DNA from: Trichosphaerium sp. ATCC 40318
Taxonomy: Eukaryota; Protista; Tubulinea
Reading direction: 5' to 3'
Length of the DNA stretch: 64,000 nucleotides
Assembly (NCBI GenBank): GCA_038496445.1
Contig: JALMLS010000451.1
Span: 62,001-126,000, forward strand
The notes under the pieces are model-generated. The model saw only the letters and a program-made list of their open reading frames with translations, was not told the origin of the DNA and did not search any database. Shown here one piece after another: positions 24,468 through 35,056 of the stretch (within the stretch, counting starts at the first letter, position 1; each line of letters opens with the position of its first letter). The position numbers and the translations under genes are program-made.

Positions 24468-24967
24468 ATGTCTGTTAGGCGCCTCGTCGCTGCTGTAACC
24501 ATACTTGGCTTGTACAAGATATCTAAAACAATGAGCCAAGTACAAGAATAAACTCATATTTCGTTCAGTATTGCTTGCAATTTACCAATTATATCATAAA
24601 TTTCAAATATTCTACACCTGAGATTGTGCTAAGAGTGCCAACTATTATAAAGACGTTAAGGGTGCTAAGAAAAATAGTACAAAACTCATACAATCACTTT
24701 GTAGTACATTTCTATCTGAGTGTTCCATAAGGAAAGCAACCGAAGAGTTTACACGAATAAACCAAAGTTCTGGCCTTAGATGTCAGTGAGGGTACCGGAG
24801 TATCTCCTCTAATAGGTGTTGTAGAATTGATAGGGATCTTAAGAAAATAATTATTTGTTTTGAATTCGCACATGGAACGTGATTGAATACTCCATCCCGA
24901 AAAAACTGATTGAAATGATACTTTTTGTTTATTCACGTCCTAGTATCGATAAACATCACATCACAGT

Positions 24968-25593
24968 ATGGATCATCCATCAAAAAAGGTACACCATAGA
25001 CTGAAGCAAATTTAACTTACATTAGACAAAGGACTCAGTTAATAGCTGTACAACACACTACACCTCACTAATACGAATTCCAGTTGAAATTGCAGCACTA
25101 TATTATCGGTTTAGACCACAGCACCTCTAAATTGTGGTCTCAAGTATCAAAATACGCAGCAACCACAACGCGATGTGATATCAATCTGAAAAAGAAAGGT
25201 GAAGTGAGGCAAGGAAAGTACAAAGAGTTTTATGAAACAGGACTATTAAAAAAATAGTGTAATGATGTCAACTACAAGCGACATGGAGAGCACAAGGTTT
25301 GGTATGAGAACGGTCAAATAGAGCAACATTTGTGCGAGTTGAGCTATTATGTGATGGGTAGAAAAGAAGGACAATCCAAACTGTGGTATGCCAACAGTAT
25401 TTTGAAACCACAATGTGATTTTGTCGGTGATAAAAAAGAAGGAGAGTTCAAGAAAAGGTTTGAAACTGGAGTTTTACACATACATGGTTACTTTGTCAGT
25501 GGAAAACATGAAGGAAAGTATAGAGTATATTGCAAGAACAAGGTCAGACATACCGTATCTTTGTACAAAAATGGTGAACAAGTCCAACAGTAG
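24968..25593 (+). pseudogene. Decayed intronless F-box-like + MORN_2 (YwqK-type) repeat gene, giant-virus-like
   Basis: RQGKYKEFYETGLLKK*, KRHGEHKVWYENGQI, RKEGQSKLWYANSIL, KKEGEFKKRFETGVL, KHEGKYRVY; in-frame TAG at 25255-25257 and an upstream frameshift. Confidence 0.75.
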
Positions 25594-25625
25594 TTAGAAA
25601 TAGCATGTTTTTTGAACTTAATAAA

Positions 25626-26080
25626 TTAAGAATAGTATAGGCCACGTGAGTGTCTCCAACCTAGGCCTAATGAGTAGGGCAGAAAAAGACCAATGTACTC
25701 AACAATGTTCGGAGTGTCTGATGAAAGTGAATCGTCAATAGGCATTATAACAGTATGAGGATCTATTACTGAGCTAATACCTGTATCTGTTGACATGTTG
25801 TCGAATGAAAATGCTATGTCTGTAGGAACACTAATTGTACGAAGACCTTGTACTGAGCATATGCCTTCAGCTGTCAAGTTTTCATTAATGCCTATGGTAT
25901 GAACTCCTATTAAACCTTTGATACCTTCATCAATTACTGTCTTATCATTAATATGCTTGGAATATCATAAATATAAACCTTTTCATATCCAATTACGTCA
26001 TGGATGATCAGCCATCAAATGACATGATTGTGCAAGTGGGTCAGTACCCTCAAAACTTAGATATCTACTAAACGCACAAT
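25626..26080 (-). pseudogene. Intronless ORF interrupted by three TGA codons; weak HNH-endonuclease-like pattern
   Basis: CAFS..GTDPLAQSCHL..HP*RNWI*KGLYL*YSK..ICSVQGLRTISVPTDIAFSFDN; frame otherwise open for ~150 codons. Confidence 0.4.
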
Positions 26081-26349
26081 TGTTGACGCTTTTTGAACTC
26101 TACCTCCTCAACATCTTTCGGTAATTGGTCTTGCCGCAACTTCAAATATTTGAGTATCACAGTCACGTGATAGAAACTGTAGAAATACGTATTTATTTTC
26201 ACCAGCAATGGCAAGGATATGTACAGGATGACTATTATGTCAATGAACGTCCAGAAAAGAAATATTTATGGTTTTTAAACCTTTTATTTTCACTAAATAA
26301 TATTCTTATGTTAATAGGTCGCGCATGAAACGGCACGTGGTTCACCAAT

Positions 26350-28600
26350 CTACATGACAGAGCATGCTTGTTTATTTGCTGATTTCATTCCGTACACCAT
26401 CTTCGCAGTGTTGTCAGTACGGTTCATCGCTCGGTATTCGAGCCTATCTAGTGTGCTCATTTTCTAGTAACATATGTAAGGATAATGAACATTAAATTAG
26501 GCTACGTACATCAGCGTCTATGGCTTGTTGTTTCTCCCTTTCAATCTCTGCATCAATGCTACCGACTACTTGTGCATACGTTTCTTCAAAAATGTGAAAC
26601 AAAGCAATTTGTTCCGTTGTTTTACAATGAGTTTTAAGAACATCCTAGTAATTAATTAGACGCAACAATTGTGGCAACAAACTTACCCTTGCAACGGTTG
26701 CCTTTTCTTTAGCTTCTTCATATTTACCAGCCTTTGCAAGGCGCGCACATTGTTGACCTACATTTGCAGAGGTGATCATAATATTGGCTTTGGCTAACAC
26801 CTTTGTTTCGCTGTCACTTGCTTTAATTACTTTTGTGATAGATTTTAGTATCTTGACACCATTTAGGCGTGTGAATTCAATGATAACCTGGAAAGGAATT
26901 TTGTTTGGTACTTCTACTCCTTTTGCAACTAAGGTAGAAAGTGAACAATAAATAAATGGTATAGCGGGTCATACGTGCGAATTCTACGGTACGCTCTGTA
27001 TCTGTTGCAATATTACCCACCTCTATCTTGAGTACATTGCTAAAAAATATTAAACGACAGCCTAATAATGAAAATCCGCGCACGACTTGCTACCACCAGC
27101 TCCTTTACTGTCCTCGTAATTGATAGGCTTGATAGATTTATGGCAAACTACAAAGAATAAGTAAGATAATTGCATTGTAGCGTTCTAGTTTACCAACAGT
27201 AACAGTTGCATTGGTACCAAGAATGACTCGTCTTGCCATGCTAACCACGTGTGAGAATAACAAGCGATATTATTAGTATTCGTACCTTCCAAAGTCCAAA
27301 TCAGTAGCACCAGTTAGAGCGACGCTTCCTCCTGTGACATCAGCGAGCATACCCAAGTATTCAAGTCTTGTGTTGCTGCCTTCAATTGAGATCACATTGA
27401 ACTCAACACCTTACCATATTTTAGATAACAGGACTTTGAGATTTTAGAGGTATACCATGTCGCTTAGCATATTGACCGATTTGTCCATCATAAAATGCCT
27501 ACATAATAAGCACGTGTACGCACAAGAAATGTCCAATACATACCTGGTTTATGTTGTGATCACCTTTTAGTGTTCCAACGCCCATATTCGCAAGTCCATC
27601 AGTGCATACGAAAACCTTACTACCAGGCTGTCGCGAAGCCGTGACCTATTAATATTCCTTTTAGAGAAGTTACTTCTGCAACTGTTTTTTTACCATTGCA
27701 ATTGTTATAGCTGGTCCTAGCGCGGTTGAACCACCTTCCTCGAAAGATTCTAGTTGTTTCTTTAATAGATCATACTAGTAAAAACGTCAGTACACTCATA
27801 CTAAAGTTATCTTTTTCATGGAAATGTGTGGTTTTACTTGAAAAAAAATAGTTGAAGGCATTTGTGTACCGAAGCATCAATACTGTCTTCGATGTTAATG
27901 TTCTCGGCCTGCTCTAGAAGAGTAGCGTAGTCATCAAGCTCTTTTACAGTCAACGTGTTATTACCGTAAACAGTGACTTTACTTGAAAAAGTAATAAATC
28001 CTACCCTATGCTCGCGTTATGAATTTAACTTGACATCCTTGTTATGAATACCTTTTCTTTGGGGTTTCTTTGCGCATGTAATCAAGTTGTGATTGAATTG
28101 CTTTTTGGACACACTGCAGACGCGAGACGTATTTTTTACCAACCTGTGTTGTTACACTCATTGATCCGCTACACTTGTAAGGGTAATAAGTTTGATTGAA
28201 TATATACCTTATGTCAACTACAAATAGCACTAAAGCGTCGCTATTTTCATCGGTGGTAACTTCTTCTTTTTCTTTAGGTGGTGGTGACATGTAAAATTCT
28301 GAGTGCGAAGTCTTTGGTAACTCTTCCTCCTCAAGCATAGTCTCCTGTGAGTGGCTACAAAATTCGCAATCCCATGTGTCATCCTGTCTGTATTAGACGA
28401 GTTAGTGCTTATATGTGCAGTTTGGCGTACGTAGAGCTTTCTTTGTTGAATACAGCGCTACAATTTTCGCAACGAGTAGGATCGCCAGTTATGAGCACAG
28501 CAGACGATGACTGTACTAGTTCGCCAAGGTTTAACGACAGGCAGTTCGTTATTGCATCGTAGTCGTAATTTCTACAGACGTAGCGGCTTCCAAATTCCAT
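26350..28600 (-). CDS. Sec23-type Zn finger + vWA protein (like the non-Ras portion of circularly permuted Ras protein 1), with C-terminal CaaX
   Basis: TGDPTRCENCSAV, WDCEFC, VVDISGSMS (MIDAS), SRLQCVQKAI, EEGGSTALGPA, CTDGLANMGVG; ends KQACSVM*. Confidence 0.82.
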
Positions 28601-28833
28601 GTGTAGTTGTCTTCTTTGCGTTAGCTTAAAAGAACTATTTAAATCTATTCATGAACTGAAATACAACCGATTTTCTGCGTGTATTGCTAACAGGTCACAC
28701 TGAAAACCAGCCAAAGGGCCTTCACATACATGTATTTGTGTTGGGGTAAATAGGTGCGCCTAAGACTTTGATCGACTTCTCTGTCGTGGTTTATTTTACA
28801 CTCAACTCGAAAGACAATTGTGCGGTATTTACG

Positions 28834-30209
28834 ATGTCCAGTGAAGAAGAGGAGGTAAATTTGTTGTTTTAGATAGATTTGAAACTCTTGGCGTTAGCCT
28901 AACGTTTAAAAACTCGCCGTAACGCAAATTGTTTAGTACGTGTTTTATAAAGATAGACTTCAATGGAAAGATGTCGTACCAATTAAACAAGACGACGGAG
29001 AAGCTCCAGTTTGTCCAATTGCTTATACCGCTGAGTGTACGACGCGTAATACGTCAATCTCATTGAAATAATATTATTTTGCAGTTGAAGATGTCATGAA
29101 TTACTTCCGCGCTATGCTACAAGCAGATGAGAAATCGCAGCGAGCACTAGAAAACACTACCGAAGTAATAGAGTTCAATGCAGCTAATTACACAGTTTGG
29201 TATTTTAGACGCCTTATGTACGCACCAAACTGCTTCATACGCGATGTCATCACTCTTACGCACCCATTAGCCTCAAAGAATTAAATTCAGATTTAAAGGA
29301 AGAACTACAATTTGTATCTGATGAAGCTGCAGAACATCCAAAAAACTATCAAATATGGTATCACCGTAGAGCGATTGTTGAGATGCTAGGCGACAGCTCT
29401 CAAGAATTACAATTTACTAAGCTAGTTCATATGAATGACGCCAAAAACTACCACGCTTGGGACCACAGGTACTCAAACAAAAACAACAAAAGCAATCAAC
29501 AAAATAATTTAATTTGACACGACACAGGCAATGGGTATTAAAGACTTTTAAATTATGGGACGGAGAGCTTGAGTACGTTGAGAAATTGCTCAGACAAGAT
29601 GTGCGCAATAATTCTGCGTGGAACCAACGTTACTTTGTTATTACAAATACTACTGGTACGAACATGTGCCATCTAAAAAGATGTCACAAATGACAGTGTC
29701 AAAATATTGTGCTCACTTGCGATCTAATTTTGTTACTAGATATGAGCCTTGAAGTATGTAAAAAGGAGTCACTCTGGACAATCGAAAGAGTAAAAGAGGC
29801 ACCTAACAATGAGAGCGCTTGGAATTATCTTCGTGGGATAATGAAAGTAAGATTAGTACTTCTCGAATAAATATGTGGTAACATTCGCTAGGGATATAAA
29901 TTCACAGATTTTCCAGAGGTAGTTGCACTTTGCGAAGAGTGTCCTAATAAATGGCCTGCGTGTGCTTTTGGACAATCACTATTAGTTGACGTTCTAACCA
30001 GTCAAAACAAGTTAGCAGAAGCAAAAGAGGTAAAGACGCTCGCCCAACGCGTGTACTAACTTGTTTTAGGTTTGCGAACGTCTTGCACGTGGTGTTGATG
30101 ATATTCACAAAAAGTATGTTCAACGCCATTATACTATGCTTATTGCTTTTCTAGATACTGGGAATATCGTACAGCAGTGCTTGATAACAAAATTACCGCT
30201 CAATCGTAA
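28834..30209 (+). CDS. FNTA: Protein farnesyltransferase/geranylgeranyltransferase-I alpha subunit
   Basis: [77 protein letters not shown]. Confidence 0.95.
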
Positions 30210-30317
30210 ATGCAGTGCCGTACACATGGTAAAATAAAACTATTGTTCAAGGAATATTTAAAATTACATTTTTATTGTTGTACAAATCAAACAAACTTAT
30301 TTACAGGTTCTTTCACT

Positions 30318-31399
30318 TTAAGCGGCCATATTGGCAGAAATAAAGGTCATCCACTTAGCACGAGGAATACTCTCGGCGATTACTCGTTCATGTAGTTCGG
30401 TAATAGAAATATTATTCACAGACATACCGGCATTGAAGAGGTTGAGCTTAACTAGCAAAGCTGCACAAGTGAAGTAGCTATGGGTAAAAACATAAGAAAC
30501 AGCTTTGTTTGATGAAGACGTACTCTCTCGCGGATTGTTCAATTACTTCTTTGTGTTCGGTGTCCTTCTTTACACGTAGAATCTCTGCTTCCTCACCAGA
30601 CAGTTTTAGAGTGTCACACATCTTCTGAAGTTCTTCGATCAATCCTCTTTGGGATGCTAAACGTTATTAATACTACCAAACAGACGCCTTTTTATACCAT
30701 TCTTTTGTGCCAATCTTTCGTTCTCTTCTTGGAGTGCTGTTTGTTCGCGTTTGTAAGTTTCAAGTTGACGCTCTGCCCACGCCAATTTGTTGTTTTTCAG
30801 CTCTAATTCCTGATCCAGGAGTTCGTACTTTCGCGTAATCGTTTTCAACTATTCAGAAGTAAGTACTGCAAAAAACGGCAACTGTTTACCTGCTCGCGAA
30901 GACCAACTGCATCACTCGTTGAGAGTTTGTTTTCTAGGGTCGAAATCTCAACTTTTTTGTCTGCAAGTTCGTCTCTTAGGTCGTTGTTGGTGGATTGAAG
31001 GCGATACACTGACTCTTTGAGGTGTAGGTTGCTAGTTTCGAGGTGCTTGTTCTTTCGCTCGGCACCTACGCGCTTTTCTTCCGCAGTGCTGAGTTTGTCT
31101 TGTAGTTCTGCAACCTCGTTTGAGTTCGTAATATTTGCACTCTATTTATGTAAGAATACAACTAAAACATTGTTCGTACTGTATTACTAGAGCTTGAGCT
31201 GCTTTTTGAAGGCTCAAACGGAGTGAGGGAAAAAGCTTTGAGCAACGACTCCGCTTTCTTTGGAGCAGAGTTTGTGGACGAAGCAGAACTCTTTGTTGGG
31301 GTAAGGTTTGTGCTATTTCACATTAATGGAATTTCCAAGGACAGTAGGTTAGCAAAGAACTTACCCAAAGGCCATAGAGAAAGGGGAGCCGAAATTCAT
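30318..31399 (-). CDS. Coiled-coil protein of unknown function
   Basis: Glu/Lys/Leu heptad-rich exons joined by GT-AG introns; start codon uncertain (31399 or 31375). Confidence 0.65.
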
Positions 31400-31696
31400 T
31401 TTATATAACTAGTTGCTGCTTTTGTATTTGCTTTTCAAACTTGTTTTTAAGCCAAATAGGGTAACTATTTTTCAGTACTTTAGAAAATGTTGTAAACGCT
31501 ATACTTCTCATGTACACGCTTACTTTATATAACCTTTAGCGCGGGGAGAGAACTTAAATAGATATTGACAACAACCGTTTCATTTGGTGACAAAACGAGC
31601 ACTGAGTGACAGTTAAGCGCATTTGAAGGCGTTGTAGTAAGGTTGCGCACTAAAACCAATCACTAGAGAGAACTTGTCTTTACAACACACATCTTA

Positions 31697-32688
31697 ATGT
31701 TGGCTTACTCTGAGGTGGGAAACATGACGTGTCAGTTCTAACAAGTGTCAATAGTATGATTTTGTAATGTTCCTGAGCACAGGCATGATAGTAGCAGCTA
31801 TTGGTGTAGCTCTCATATCTATATGTAAAGTTTTGCCGATGGGCGTGTACGGTCGCTACGAGCCAAAGACAAAACTTTTGGGGATGAAAGTTCCAGCAAG
31901 AGTTGCGTGGGTTCTAATGGAATCTCCATGTACGTTTACCCAACCCTCTTACTGTCAAAAAAATTACTTACGTACATAGCTTCTATAACATGCGCAATTA
32001 GCTTCTTATTCTTTAGCGAGAAGTCTCATAGGGAAAGCAACGTTCAGCGCGTGTTTTTTGCCATGTTTATGTTACACTACATACATCGCGCGTTTATCTT
32101 CCCCTTCATGCTACGTGGCGGTAAACCAATGGGCATAATGGCAATGTTTGCCGCGATGTTTTTTTGTACTGGCAACGGATACATGCAAGGTAACCAATAA
32201 CGGTCGTAAGGTAGTTTACGGCAGTTAGGGCGCACCATTAGCGTTTACGCGCCACTGCGAGACGACAGTTACATGTTGCAGTGGAATTTTATTGCGGGAT
32301 GTATTGCATATTTTTGTGGCTTGATTATCAACACTCAATCCGACTACATACTCATTAACCTGCGAAAACCAGGAGAGACAGGCTACAAGATACCCAAGGG
32401 TAGCTGTTTCGACTATGTCACGTGTACCAACTTTTTTTTTTTGGCGCCAATTCGCCAATTCGCAAACTAACGTACTAACACATAGTTTTGCTAGCGTCAA
32501 ATTACTTTGGAGAGATGTTAGAATTCGCTGGCTACGCGTTGGCGAGTTGGAATTTCCCTGCTTTGGCATTTGCCAGTTTTACCGCCATTTACCTTTCTTC
32601 GCGCGCAATATTACATCACGAGTGGTATAAAAACAAGTTTGATGACTATCCAAAGGACCGTAAAGTTGTAATACCATTTGTATTTTGA
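31697..32688 (+). CDS. 3-oxo-5-alpha-steroid 4-dehydrogenase (SRD5A1/DET2-like)
   Basis: YGRY, AWVLMESP, HYIHRAFIFP, NGYMQG, SDYILINLRKPGETGYKIPKG, NYFGEMLE, HHEWY..FDDYPKDRKVVIPF. Confidence 0.93.
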
Positions 32689-32862
32689 ACACAGGCAAAT
32701 AAACACGTTACTTTGGCGCGTTTTGTAGTGAGTAGTGACAACCGTTTAGCCGTTTAAGCGGGTTTTATGAAATTTAGCATGTTTTTTCTTTTATCAATTT
32801 TATTAGCCCGCTTTTTGGCGGTATTTCATAAAAGCTATAGCAAACAACGCAACACATCACAA

Positions 32863-34677
32863 ATGAGAGAAATCGTCCATATTCAAGTCGGCCAATGCGG
32901 TAATCAAATCGGTTCCAAGTTCTGGGAGGTAATCTCGAACGAACATGGCGTAGACCAACAAGGTGTTTGGAAAGGCGAACAAAACTCCCGCGAAGGTTTG
33001 AATGTATACTACAACGAAGCCAAAGGTGGCAGATACGTTCCTCGCGCTGTCTTAGTCGACCTCGGTAAGCTTTTCGAGAGATCTGTTTCAGAACGCTTAT
33101 TTTTCTCGTGTAGAGCCTGGTACGCTCAACAACATCAAAGCTTCACCTTATGGCAAGCTATACAGACCAGATAACATGGTTTGCGGCACAAGTGGTGCTG
33201 GTGCAGGTAATTTACATCGCTATGCTTTACGCTCTAAACCGCTACTCAGGTAACAACTGGGCCAAAGGACACTACACAGAAGGCGCTGAGCTTATCGACA
33301 ATGTTTTGGAAGTTGTTCGTAAAGAAGCCGAACAAACAGATTGTCTACAAGGCTTTCAAATCTGTCACTCCCTCGGCGGTGGTACTGGATCCGGTACGTT
33401 CTTTTTGCTTTTTTCACTTCCCGCCATTTTTTTTTTTAATGTTTTGCTGTTTTTGTTTCGCTCTTTGTACACCGTACTTACGCCTTACCAGGTATGGGTA
33501 CCCTTCTCCTTGCAAAAATTAAGGAAGAGTTCCCAGATCGCATGATGTGTACTTTCTCTGTTATGCCTTCCCCAAAGGTACACTACGCTCTAGCTTTTAG
33601 CGAATTAACGCGAAATTAAGGTTTCTGATACTGTTGTTGAACCATACAACGCAACTCTATCCCTTCATCAACTCGTTGAAAACGCTGACGCTGTATTTTG
33701 CATCGATAACGAAGCCCTTTACGATATTTGCAACAAGTACGTATTAGTAAACAAAACAGTCGCTTTCGACCCTTTGTAACAACTTTATAGGACCCTCAAG
33801 ATGGCCACTCCTGAGTACACTGACTTGAACAAGCTTGTTAGCACTGTCATGAGCGGTGTCACTTGCTCTCTTCGTTTCCCAGGCCAACTCAACTCTGACT
33901 TGCGTAAACTCGCTGTCAACCTCGTTCCTTTCCCACGTCTTCACTTTTTCCTTGTTGGCGTAGCCCCTCTCTCTTCTCGTGCTGGTACCGAGTACACAAA
34001 GGTCACTGTACCTGAGTTGACCTCACAAATCTTCAACCCAAAGAACATGATGGCCCATTGCGATCCAAAACGTGGTAAATACTTGACCGCTAGCGCTATG
34101 TTCAGAGGGTACGTTTTTGGATTTTTGTTTTTCGACGTGCACAATTATCTATGCCGTTACTCACGCTTTCCGTAGAAAAATGAGCATGAAGGAAGTAGAT
34201 GAACAAATTTGCAACCTCCAAGATAAGAACAGCCCATTCTTTGTCGAGTGGATTCCAAACAACATAACCCACTCCGTGTGCAACGTTGCACCAAAGGGCG
34301 AAAACATGAGCTGCACATTCGTCGGTAACTCTACAGCTATCCAATCCTTGTTCAAGCGTATTGGACACCACTTTACTGCTATGTTTAAGCGCAAAGCTTT
34401 CTTGCACTGGTACACTGGTACGTTGTTAATATTGCTGCTTGCTTGTTCGTAACTAACTTGTGTTTCAGGTGAGGGTATGGAAGAGATGGAATTTACTGAG
34501 GCCGAGAGCAACATGAACGATTTGATCTCTGAATACATCCAATACGAAGATGCTGAAGTAGAAGAAGTTGCTGGTGAATACTACGAAGACGAGCAAGGAT
34601 ACTACGACGAGGAAGGAGAAGAAGGCGAAGTTCAATATGAAGATGAACAAGACGTCCTCGAAGAACAACCTATGTAA
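32863..34677 (+). CDS. TUBB: Beta-tubulin (divergent)
   Basis: [63 protein letters not shown], long acidic tail. Confidence 0.97.
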
Positions 34678-35056
34678 ACAAGCCCTTTATTGTAATTATA
34701 CCATTGTAGTAACCAAGTAAACCCACCTTTACGGTGCCTTTTTAAAACATGCACAGTTGTTGAATTGTCCATGGAGTGCAGGAGTTTGTCATTGAAAAAT
34801 TTGTTGTTTGGTTGTTTGTGGCAAAATCAAATAACTTATTCGTATTGTAGGAAGCATAATCCAAAAGCGGTGTTGTTGCTTGATTGTTAAGGTTAAAGCC
34901 TAACACGTGATTTAGTTTCTGCCTTCTAGATGTTTTACGTGGCTGCCTGTTGCATAAAGTTCGCACAACACTATCGAGACGAAGTGCTTACTGGCTAAGA
35001 AAACATGAACAAAGTAAGATAAGTTAAGGAAAATTCGGTTTGTTTTAACTGAAAAC

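Larger units (their letters stand above)
23699..25166 (+). repeat. Segmental duplication copy B
   Basis: High-identity inverted match to 15075..16412, plus one ~125 bp insertion. Confidence 0.95.

Noticed and set aside
15075-25166. Inverted arms as terminal repeats of a Polinton/Maverick or other large transposon
   Set aside because: The interior holds ordinary intron-rich host genes, with no integrase, pPolB, capsid or transposase, and no target-site duplication was seen
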